From Roseibacillus sp. (GTDB taxonomy: Bacteria; Verrucomicrobiota; Verrucomicrobiia; Verrucomicrobiales; Akkermansiaceae), in assembly GCA_051251855.1 (NCBI GenBank), contig JBPOGI010000003.1, positions 480,001 through 544,000 of the forward strand: a stretch of DNA of 64,000 nt. The letters are read 5' to 3'. Positions within the stretch are counted from its first letter, which is position 1. Every line of letters begins with the position of its first letter. The notes beneath the pieces are model-generated. The model worked only from the letters and a program-made list of their open reading frames with translations, was not told the origin of the DNA and made no database searches. Of the stretch, positions 41,787 through 49,713 are shown piece after piece. Both the position numbers and the translations under genes were made by a program.

Positions 41787-43034
41787 GTGGCATTCAGGAT
41801 TTCATTTTACGTTCTCGCATTGCTCGTCTTCCGAGTGGGATTACTCTCCGCGCAGGGGAAGAACGAAGACGAGCAAAAGGTTCCAGCCTATACTTTGCCA
41901 GCCTTGTTCAGTGAGGATGATGGCTCGACAATAAAGACAGTTGCGGATTGGAATGAGCGTCGTTCGGAGATTTTGGATCTCTTCGCAGGGGATGTCTACG
42001 GGCGGGTTCCAAACAAAGCAAAAAAGGTAAAGTTAGTAGGTGAAGAAGGAACGGTGATTCCTGATTTTCTGAATGGGAAGGCAACCTTGCGCGAAGTGGC
42101 TTTGGTCGCAGAAGGAATTCAGCTGAATCTTCTCCTTGTCCGTCCCAATCACGTTTCGAAGCCGGTGCCTGTTATTCTGGGTCTGAATTTTGAAGGAAAC
42201 CATACTATCCATTCCGATCCGCGGATTTCGCTGACCAAGTCTTGGGTTCCAGCAAGCCGCCAGGGGCATTCTGAGAACAATCAGGCTCGTGACGAAGGCA
42301 GGGGAAAGCATGCGGGACGTTGGCCTATTGAGAGGATTGTGGAGCAGGGGGTTGCCTTCGCCACGATATACTGTGGCGACATCGATCCTGATTTTGACGA
42401 TGGCTTTGGCAACGGAGTTCATGCGGTTTTTGGAAAACCGGCAGCGAACGAATGGGGAACGTTGGCAACGTGGGCCTGGGGTTTGAGTCGGGGACTGGAC
42501 TATCTTTCTGCGAGGAGTGATATCGACGGGCGAGATATTGGAGTCTTTGGTTTTTCGCGTTTGGGAAAGGCTGCTCTGTGGGCGGGTGCTTCCGACCATC
42601 GCTTTGCGTTTGTGATTTCGAATCAATCGGGATGCGGTGGTGCGGCTTTGAGTCGTCGTGCATTTGGAGAGACGGTGTCCCGAATCAACACTGTTTTTCC
42701 TCACTGGTTCGCGGATAGTTTCCTGCAATATAATGATAACGAGGCTTCTTTACCCGTTGATCAGCATCAGCTTTTGGCACTGATTGCGCCGCGACCGGTC
42801 TATATTGCGAGTGCGGTGAAGGACCGGTGGTCGGATCCCAAGGGGGAGTTTCTTTCCGCCAAATTTGCGGAACCCGCCTTCTTACTTTTCGGGAAAGAAG
42901 GTTTGGGAGTGGAAGAGCTTCCCGCCGTTGATCAGTCTGTTGGGAAAACGATTCGTTATCACATTCGGTCTGGGGGACATGGGGTGACTGAATATGATTG
43001 GGAGCAATATCTCAAGTTTGTGAAAGAGGAGTGA
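41787..43034 (+). CDS. CE15 glucuronoyl-esterase-like alpha/beta hydrolase
   Basis: WAWGLSR, GFSRLGKAALWAGA, SGCGGAAL, DQHQLLALIAPRP, GGHG. Confidence 0.85.
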   Translation: MAFRISFYVLALLVFRVGLLSAQGKNEDEQKVPAYTLPALFSEDDGSTIKTVADWNERRSEILDLFAGDVYGRVPNKAKKVKLVGEEGTVIPDFLNGKATLREVALVAEGIQLNLLLVRPNHVSKPVPVILGLNFEGNHTIHSDPRISLTKSWVPASRQGHSENNQARDEGRGKHAGRWPIERIVEQGVAFATIYCGDIDPDFDDGFGNGVHAVFGKPAANEWGTLATWAWGLSRGLDYLSARSDIDGRDIGVFGFSRLGKAALWAGASDHRFAFVISNQSGCGGAALSRRAFGETVSRINTVFPHWFADSFLQYNDNEASLPVDQHQLLALIAPRPVYIASAVKDRWSDPKGEFLSAKFAEPAFLLFGKEGLGVEELPAVDQSVGKTIRYHIRSGGHGVTEYDWEQYLKFVKEE

Positions 43035-43054
43035 ATTGTGATTGAGGCGGGTAT

Positions 43055-45562
43055 CTAGCCAAAGAGGTCCATCTGGGGATTGTTGGCTTGGGGGAGGTTG
43101 TCGTGGGTGTCGCGGGTGTTTTTGGCCTTGGGGTTGGTGGGCTTGTTTGATTTTTCGGGCTTTTGGGAGTTGAGCTCGAGGTGGCTGAGGATTTCGGTGG
43201 CGCGGGCGATGATGGGTTGAGGGAGGCCGGCGAGGCGGGCGACTTGGATACCGTAGCTTTTGTCGGCGGGGCCGGGTTGGATTTTGCGGAGGAAGATGAT
43301 GTCTTCGTTCCACTCGCGGACGGCGACGTTGTGGTTCTCGACCGCTTCTTTGCTGGCGGCGAGGTCACAGAGCTCGTGGTAGTGGGTGGCGAAGAGGGTG
43401 CGCGATTGGGTGCTGTCGTGCAGGTGTTCGGCGACGGCCCAGGCGATGGAGAGTCCGTCGAAGGTGGCGGTGCCGCGGCCGATTTCGTCGAGGATGACGA
43501 GGGAGTCGGCGGTGGCGTTGTTGACGATGAGGGCGGTCTCGTTCATCTCGACCATGAAGGTGGACTGTCCCTGCGAGAGGTCGTCGGAGGCGCCGACGCG
43601 GCAGAAGATTTTGTCGACGAGGCCGATGGTGGCTTTTTCGGCGGGGACGTAGGCTCCGATTTGGGCCATGAGGGTGACGAGGGCGACTTGGCGGATGTAG
43701 GTGGACTTTCCGGCCATGTTGGGGCCGGTGAGGATGTGGAGACGGCCGGTCTCGGGGTCCATGGAGGTGTCGTTGGGAACGAATTTTTCTTCGATGAGAG
43801 TTTGTTCGAGGACGGGGTGGCGCGCGTTGGTGAGGTGGAGGCTGCGGTCGGTGGTGAGGTGGGGGCGGGTGTGTTGGTGGAGTTGCGCAGTCTCGGCAAA
43901 GGAAAGGAGGACGTCGAGGGTGGCGAGGGCGTCGGCGGTTTGCTGCAGAGGGGCGAGGTGCTCGCAGACTTGTTTGCGCAGGTGGACGAAGAGGTCGTAT
44001 TCGAGGGCTTTGGCGCGCTCGTCGGAGCCGAGGATCTTCTGCTCCATCTCCTTGAGGGCGGGGGTGATGTAGCGCTCGGCGTTGGCCATGGTTTGCTTGC
44101 GCTGGTAGTCCTCGGGGACTTTGTCGACTTTGCCTTTCGAGACTTCGAGAAAGTAGCCGAAGACATTGTTGAACTTGATTTTGAGGTTGTCGATGCCGGT
44201 GCGTCTACGTTCGGTTTCTTGCAGTTCGGCGAGCCAGTTCTTTCCTTCGCGGGAGGCGGAGCGAAGTTCGTCGAGCTCGGCGGAGTAGCCGTCGCGAATG
44301 AGGTTTCCGTCTTTGGGTGAGGCCGGTGGTTCGTCTCCGAGGGCGTTGGCGAGGAGTTCGGTGAGTTCGGGGAACTCTTGGATTTGGGTTTTGAGATGGG
44401 AAATTTGAGAGGTGTCTTTTCCTAAGGCCTCGAGGTCTTCGCGAAGAGCTGGGACGCGTTCGAGGGAGGTGGCGAGGGTTTTGAGATCGCGGGGGTTGCC
44501 GCTGCCTTGGGAGAGACGGCCGGTGGTGCGCTCGATGTCGCGAATGTCTTTGAGGGATTCGCGGAGCTTGGAGAGGAGGTAGGGTTCGGCGAGCAGTTGT
44601 TCGACGGTGTCGAGTCTGTCGTTGAGGGTGTCGAGGTCGCGCAGGGGATGGAGGACCCAGTCACGGAGCTTGCGCGCGCCCATGGGGGTGGCGGTGCGGT
44701 CGAGGGTGGCGAGAAGGGTGTGCTGGGTGCCGGAGCGGGATTGCACGAGGTCGAGATTGAGCTGGGAGGCGGTGTCGATGAGGACGTGCTCGCTGTGGTC
44801 GCGCACGGCGAGGGTGGAGAGGTGTTCGCAGTTGCGGCGGAGTTGGTGGACGAGGTAGTGGAGGGCGGCTCCACCGGCGCAGATCGCGGAGGCCATGTCT
44901 GCGCACCCAAAGCCTTTGAGGGACTGCACCTTGAAGTGGTCGAGGAGGGTGTGTTGAGCGGTCTCGTTGAGGAATGCGTAGGCGTCGTAGGGGAAGGAGC
45001 CAGGGAGTTGACCGAGTTGTTGCAGCTGGTCGTCGGGGATGAGGAGTTCGGAGGGAGCGAGGCGGTTGATTTCGTCGCGGAGGAGGTCGAGGTCGGTGAA
45101 TTCGGCGAGGGAGAATTCGCCGGTGGAGTGGTCGGCGCAGGCGAGTCCGTAGCGGAGTTTTTTTCCGGAACCAAATTGGCAGGCGGCGGCGAGGTAGTTG
45201 TGCTTGGTGTCGTCGAGGAGGGTGAGGTCGTCGATGGTGGAGGCTGAGATGATCTGCGCGATTTCGCGTTCGACGAGTTGGCCGGGTTTGGGTTCGGAAG
45301 TTTGTTCGGCTAGGGCGACGCGTTTGCCGGCTTTGACGAGCTTGGCGATGTACCCGGTGGCGGCGTGATGGGGGACTCCGGCCATGGGGATGTCGTGGCG
45401 CTTGGTGAGGGAGATGTTGAGGATGGGTGCGGCGATTTTAGCGTCCTCGAAGAACATTTCGTAAAAGTCACCCAAGCGATACAGGAGTAGGATGTCGTCC
45501 GGGAGGGAGCGACGGATGGCTTGGTACTGGGCCATCATTGGGGTGAGTTTTTTTTCGGGCAT
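43055..45562 (-). CDS. mutS: DNA mismatch repair protein MutS
   Basis: GDFYEMF, TGPNMAGKST, DEIGRGT, SYGIQVA. Confidence 0.98.
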   Translation of the reverse strand: MPEKKLTPMMAQYQAIRRSLPDDILLLYRLGDFYEMFFEDAKIAAPILNISLTKRHDIPMAGVPHHAATGYIAKLVKAGKRVALAEQTSEPKPGQLVEREIAQIISASTIDDLTLLDDTKHNYLAAACQFGSGKKLRYGLACADHSTGEFSLAEFTDLDLLRDEINRLAPSELLIPDDQLQQLGQLPGSFPYDAYAFLNETAQHTLLDHFKVQSLKGFGCADMASAICAGGAALHYLVHQLRRNCEHLSTLAVRDHSEHVLIDTASQLNLDLVQSRSGTQHTLLATLDRTATPMGARKLRDWVLHPLRDLDTLNDRLDTVEQLLAEPYLLSKLRESLKDIRDIERTTGRLSQGSGNPRDLKTLATSLERVPALREDLEALGKDTSQISHLKTQIQEFPELTELLANALGDEPPASPKDGNLIRDGYSAELDELRSASREGKNWLAELQETERRRTGIDNLKIKFNNVFGYFLEVSKGKVDKVPEDYQRKQTMANAERYITPALKEMEQKILGSDERAKALEYDLFVHLRKQVCEHLAPLQQTADALATLDVLLSFAETAQLHQHTRPHLTTDRSLHLTNARHPVLEQTLIEEKFVPNDTSMDPETGRLHILTGPNMAGKSTYIRQVALVTLMAQIGAYVPAEKATIGLVDKIFCRVGASDDLSQGQSTFMVEMNETALIVNNATADSLVILDEIGRGTATFDGLSIAWAVAEHLHDSTQSRTLFATHYHELCDLAASKEAVENHNVAVREWNEDIIFLRKIQPGPADKSYGIQVARLAGLPQPIIARATEILSHLELNSQKPEKSNKPTNPKAKNTRDTHDNLPQANNPQMDLFG

Positions 45563-45572
45563 CTTAAGGTGG

Positions 45573-45626
45573 TTCGTTCAACGCAGAGTCGCAGAGAGCA
45601 CGGAGTTACGCAGAGTTTTTTTTGAG
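45573..45626 (+). repeat. Left inverted repeat of the GxxExxY element (copy C)
   Basis: TTCGTTCAACGCAGAGTCGCAGAGA (45573-45597) is the exact reverse complement of 46071-46095; imperfect extension to ~45626. Confidence 0.92.
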
Positions 45627-45662
45627 TTTTTTGAGTCGGGTTTGGATGACTTTTTTGAGTGT

Positions 45663-46040
45663 TTACTCGGGGAGGTTGTTGGCGAGGCGGCGGATGCCGT
45701 CTTTGAGGAGAGGGACGTTAAAGTTAATGAGGAGTCCGAGTGGCTTTTTACTGAGCTTGAGATATGTGAGAATCTGGGCGGTGTGAATGGGGTCGATTTT
45801 TTCTACGGATTTAAGTTCGAGAATGATTTTGTCTTCCACGAGGAGGTCGATTCGATAGGCGTCTTTGACGATGAGGCCTTTGAATTGAATGGGGAGGATG
45901 ACTTGTCGCTCAACTTTTAGGCCTCGCTGTGTGAGTTCATGGAAAAGGCAAGCTTCGTAGGTTTGCTCCAAGAGTCCGGGCCCAAGTTCTCGGTGAACTT
46001 CGATTGCGGCTCCAATAATTATCTGACTCAATTCATTCAT
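45663..46040 (-). CDS. GxxExxY protein (PD-(D/E)XK nuclease-like)
   Basis: IGAAIEVHRELGPGLLEQTY; RIDLLVEDKIILELKS; AQILTYLK..GLLINF. Confidence 0.93.
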   Translation of the reverse strand: MNELSQIIIGAAIEVHRELGPGLLEQTYEACLFHELTQRGLKVERQVILPIQFKGLIVKDAYRIDLLVEDKIILELKSVEKIDPIHTAQILTYLKLSKKPLGLLINFNVPLLKDGIRRLANNLPE

Positions 46041-46042
46041 AT

Positions 46043-46095
46043 CTCAAACAATCTCTGCGAAACTCTGTAATCTCTGCGACTCTGCGTTGAACGAA
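46043..46095 (-). repeat. Right inverted repeat of the GxxExxY element (copy D)
   Basis: Minus strand reads TTCGTTCAACGCAGAGTCGCAGAGATTACAGAGTTTCGCAGAGATTGTTTGAG, then AT and the ATG of the GxxExxY gene. Confidence 0.92.
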
Positions 46096-46100
46096 TTACA

Positions 46101-46997
46101 TTAATACTCCCGATCGAGGAGATGATGGGCGATTTGGTTGAGATGGGTGGCGGCTTGGCCGAATGATTCTAGGGCGGCGAGGGAGAGGTCGGTGAGGCGT
46201 TTGGCTTCGGCTTTGGATTGTTCGAGTCCGAGGATGGCGGGGTAGGTGGATTTGTTGACCGCTTCGTCTTTGCCAGCGGTTTTGCCGAGGGTGGCGGTGT
46301 CGGCGGTGACGTCGAGGATGTCGTCGATGACTTGGAAGGCGAGGCCGAGGTTGTAGCCAAAAGTTGTGAGTGCGCTGAGTTGTTCGGTGCTGGCGTTGGC
46401 GGTCATGGCGCCGAGGCGGATGGAGGTGGTGAGGAGGGCTGCGGTTTTGCGCTCGTGGATGGCGATGAGTTCGTCGTGGCTGAGCAGGGTGTCTTCGCCT
46501 TCGCCTTCGAGGTCGAGGATTTGGCCGCCGATGAGTTGCTTGGATCCGGCGCAGACGGCGAATTCGGTGAGGTAGGATCCGACAGGGAAGCGTTCGGCAG
46601 GTGGGGTGTGGGCGATGAAGTGGAATGCTTCCGCTTGGAGGGCGTCACCAGCGAGGACGGCGATGGCTTCTCCAAAGACCTTATGGGATGTGGGGCGCCC
46701 TCGGCGGAGGTCGTCATCGTCCATGGCTGGGAGATCGTCGTGGACGAGAGAATAGGTGTGAAGAAGTTCGGTGGCGCAGGCTGGGAAAAGAGCGCTGGTT
46801 TCGTCGCCGCCACAGGCTTCGGCGGAGGCGAGGGTGAGGATGGGGCGGAGTCGTTTACCGCCTGCGAAGACGGAGTAGCGCATGGCCTCGTGGATTTTGG
46901 CGGGCTTTTCGAGGTCTGAGGGGAGGTGGGTGTCGAGGTGGGCGTCGATGAGGTCGCGTTTTTGGGCGAGATAGCTTTTGAGGTCTTCGCTTGGCAT
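46101..46997 (-). CDS. ispA: Polyprenyl (farnesyl/geranylgeranyl) diphosphate synthase
   Basis: GGKRLRP, SLVHDDLPAMDDDDLRRG, AFQVIDDILD. Confidence 0.93.
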   Translation of the reverse strand: MPSEDLKSYLAQKRDLIDAHLDTHLPSDLEKPAKIHEAMRYSVFAGGKRLRPILTLASAEACGGDETSALFPACATELLHTYSLVHDDLPAMDDDDLRRGRPTSHKVFGEAIAVLAGDALQAEAFHFIAHTPPAERFPVGSYLTEFAVCAGSKQLIGGQILDLEGEGEDTLLSHDELIAIHERKTAALLTTSIRLGAMTANASTEQLSALTTFGYNLGLAFQVIDDILDVTADTATLGKTAGKDEAVNKSTYPAILGLEQSKAEAKRLTDLSLAALESFGQAATHLNQIAHHLLDREY

Positions 46998-47140
46998 GAG
47001 GCCTAGAGAGTCGGAATTGTGGCTCTAAGAATCAAGGCTGGGCTTTGTGTTTAAGAGGCCGGAGTCTAGAGTCGAACCGAAGTGGACGGCTCGGAGGGGA
47101 CGGACTTGTGGGGCCGGTCAAAGACCAGCGCTCCCAGTGG

Positions 47141-47482
47141 TTAGCGGAGGGAGAGTTTTTTGGTGAGATGGAGGATGTCTTTTTTGAGGTCGGCGTGGGT
47201 GGCTTCTTTGGCGCGCCAACGGGCGATGAAGACAAGGTGATGGCCGGGGGAGATTTGGTCGCCGATTTCGACAAGGACGGCACGGATGAGGCGGCGGATG
47301 TGGTTGCGCTCGTGGGCTTTTCCGGCCTTTTTGGAGGTGATGAGGGCGTAGCGGAAGTGGTCGAGTCCAGGCTGGGGGAGGGTGGCGAGGACGAGGTGTT
47401 TGCTAGAGGCAGTCTGACCCTTCTCGCGCACTGCTTGGAAGTCAGCGCGGTCGTTGAGGGTGAGTTTGCGAGAAAGCTTCAT
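47141..47482 (-). CDS. rnpA: Ribonuclease P protein component
   Basis: SKKAGKAHERNHIRR RNR-like motif; directly after rpmH. Confidence 0.9.
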   Translation of the reverse strand: MKLSRKLTLNDRADFQAVREKGQTASSKHLVLATLPQPGLDHFRYALITSKKAGKAHERNHIRRLIRAVLVEIGDQISPGHHLVFIARWRAKEATHADLKKDILHLTKKLSLR

Positions 47483-47509
47483 GCGACTACGGCGAGTGAG
47501 AGGGCTACG

Positions 47510-47540
47510 AAAAAACCGGAGCGGTTTGGCCACTCCGGTT
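47510..47540 (-). terminator. Intrinsic terminator between rpmH and rnpA
   Basis: Minus strand AACCGGAGTGG-CCAAA-CCGCTCCGGTTTTTT. Confidence 0.75.
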
Positions 47541-47581
47541 CTTTGAAAACTTTAGGAAGCGGAGCGAGTCCGCTGCTGCCG

Positions 47582-47767
47582 TTACTTGGTGTTGTGCTGA
47601 ACGGTGTGGCGCTTGAAGTGAATCTCGGCACCTTTCGGGATGAGACGCTTGCAACCTTTACGGCGGCGCTTGTTGAGAATCTTGCGACCAGCTTTGGTGG
47701 CCATACGGGCGCGGAAGCCGTGCTGGCGCTTGCGGGTACGTTTGGAAGGTTGGTAGGTGCGCTTCAT
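47582..47767 (-). CDS. rpmH: 50S ribosomal protein L34
   Basis: [20 protein letters not shown]. Confidence 0.95.
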   Translation of the reverse strand: MKRTYQPSKRTRKRQHGFRARMATKAGRKILNKRRRKGCKRLIPKGAEIHFKRHTVQHNTK

Positions 47768-47934
47768 GGTGGTCTTTACTTAAAGTGTTGTGCCGGTTGG
47801 CGGATTGACTCGCCTTAGGGGGCGAAAGGGGCGGAAGACTAGTCTTAGGCGACGAGGTGTCAAGACAGGAGAAACACTTGCTTAAAAATATTCCTTCCCC
47901 GTTTCGGCAGGGGCGATTAGTCTCCGCCTGTCTC

Positions 47935-48201
47935 ATGGCGTCCACAAAAACATTTACGGTCAATAATAAGCTTGGAATTCATGCTCGTCCTGCAGCGCAG
48001 TTTGTCAAAATTGCGAGTCGCTTCGATTGCGAAATTCGTGTCGAGAAAGATGAGGAAGAGATTGATGGTAAAAGTATTATGGGTTTAATGATGCTCGCTG
48101 CTGGCCATGGATCTCAGCTTAAGGTAACTGCTGAAGGAAGTGACGAGGAAGAGGCGTTGAAGGCTCTCGAGGAGCTTGTGAATCGTAATTTTGAAGAGTA
48201 A
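47935..48201 (+). CDS. ptsH: HPr phosphocarrier protein
   Basis: GIHARPAA (His15) and KSIMGLM (Ser46). Confidence 0.93.
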   Translation: MASTKTFTVNNKLGIHARPAAQFVKIASRFDCEIRVEKDEEEIDGKSIMGLMMLAAGHGSQLKVTAEGSDEEEALKALEELVNRNFEE

Positions 48202-48246
48202 TTCTTTGGGGTATTCAGGTGGGATAGCGTTGGGTTAAGTTCTTTT

Positions 48247-49713
48247 GTGAACCGAATCTTTTCTTTTCTGGCCGTCTTTGGCTGTTTCTTTCCTGTTTTT
48301 GGAAAGACGAATTTGGTTTTGATTCTGGCTGATGACTTGGGGTGGGGTGAGTTGGGGTGTTACGGGCAGAGAAAGATTAAGACTCCGAATTTGGATCGCT
48401 TGGCATCTGAAGGGGTTCGGCTGATGCGTCACTATGCGGGGGCACCGGTTTGCGCTCCGTCGCGTTGCGTGCTGTTGACTGGCAAGAGCTTGGCTCGAGC
48501 GGAGATTCGGAGTAACGGGGACTCGGGAAACGGTCGTCAGTTCCCGGGTCAGTGGCCGATTACTGATGAGGCGGTGACGCTTGCGGAGGTTCTTAAGGAG
48601 GCGGGTTATCGCACGGGTGGCTTTGGAAAGTGGGGTTTGGGGCCGACGGATTCGAGTGGCTCGCCGATGCGACAGGGGTTTGATCGCTTTTATGGCTATA
48701 ACTGCCAGCGCAATGCGCACTCCTTCTATCCTCCGTTTCTGGATGACGATGAGGGGGTCGAAATTTTGAATGATCCGGCGGTTCCGGGGCATGCTAAGAA
48801 GCTGGAAGGGGAGGTGAAGGCTGAAGACTATCGAGCAAAAATCTATGCGCCGGATCGAATCTTGGAAGAGGCGTTGGATTTCTTGGATGAAGGAAAAGGG
48901 GAGCCTTTCTTTCTGTATTGTCCCTTTGTGGAGCCGCATGTGGCGATGCATCCTCCTGCTGAGTGGCTTGATCGGTATCCGAGGGAATGGGATGAGGGAA
49001 ATGGAGTTTATCGTGGATTAGGCGGGTATCTGCCACATCCTCGGCCGAGGGCGGGATATGCGGCGATGATTTCTGATCTCGATGAGCATGTGGGTGTTGT
49101 TTTGGCGAAGTTGGAGTCGCTGGGGGTGGTTGAGAATACTTTGGTCGTTTTTACATCGGATAACGGAACGACCCATGGGAGTAAGGATCCTAAGTTTGGT
49201 ATTGGGGGAGTGGATGCTGATTTTTTTAATTCTACCCGAGGTCTCAGGGGATTTAAGGGCTCTGTTTATGAAGGTGGTTTGCGAGTCCCAGCCATAGTTC
49301 GTTGGCCAAGGAAGATTCCGAGAGGTGAGAGTAATGAGACCCCGAGTTACTTTCCGGATTGGTTTGCTACCTTTTGTGCAGCGGCGGGAGTAGTACCTCC
49401 GGAGGATTTGGATGGGGTGAATCTTTTGCCAGAATTGACGGGGCAATCATTAATGCGGGAGAAGCCGATGATTTGGGAGTTCCATGGCTATGGTGGCCAG
49501 GTCGCTGTTATTGACGGCGATTGGAAGGCGGTTTGGGAGAAGTTTTCGCGGAAGGGAAGGGGCTCATCTTGGGCTCTTTACGATCTGGAATCTGATCCGA
49601 GTGAAAAGAAGAACCGAGCAGAAGAATTTCCTGAGAAGTTGAGAAGTCTACAGGAGGCTTGGTCGCGGAATCGTAGCGAGAACCTCCGTTATCAAAAACC
49701 TGCAGTGGATTAG
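48247..49713 (+). CDS. Arylsulfatase (formylglycine-dependent S1 sulfatase)
   Basis: ILADDLG, CAPSRCVLLTG, GKWGLG, SDNG, YEGGLRVP. Confidence 0.93.
   Translation: MNRIFSFLAVFGCFFPVFGKTNLVLILADDLGWGELGCYGQRKIKTPNLDRLASEGVRLMRHYAGAPVCAPSRCVLLTGKSLARAEIRSNGDSGNGRQFPGQWPITDEAVTLAEVLKEAGYRTGGFGKWGLGPTDSSGSPMRQGFDRFYGYNCQRNAHSFYPPFLDDDEGVEILNDPAVPGHAKKLEGEVKAEDYRAKIYAPDRILEEALDFLDEGKGEPFFLYCPFVEPHVAMHPPAEWLDRYPREWDEGNGVYRGLGGYLPHPRPRAGYAAMISDLDEHVGVVLAKLESLGVVENTLVVFTSDNGTTHGSKDPKFGIGGVDADFFNSTRGLRGFKGSVYEGGLRVPAIVRWPRKIPRGESNETPSYFPDWFATFCAAAGVVPPEDLDGVNLLPELTGQSLMREKPMIWEFHGYGGQVAVIDGDWKAVWEKFSRKGRGSSWALYDLESDPSEKKNRAEEFPEKLRSLQEAWSRNRSENLRYQKPAVD

Larger units (their letters stand above)
45573..46095 (-). 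mobile_element. Putative inverted-repeat-bounded GxxExxY cassette
   Basis: 523-bp unit with IRs at both ends, a single small nuclease-fold ORF, inserted between ispA and mutS; no target-site duplication seen. Confidence 0.55.

Noticed and set aside
43163..45247. Long plus-strand ORFs antisense to mutS
   Set aside because: They arise from the strong C-ending codon bias of mutS; no protein motifs
32077..46095. CGCAGAG repeats as a CRISPR array
   Set aside because: Copies are kilobases apart, there are no unique regularly sized spacers and no cas genes
45560..46105. Classical IS element with target-site duplication
   Set aside because: No DDE, HUH or serine transposase ORF, and the flanks (..AAGGTGG / TTACATT..) are not duplicated
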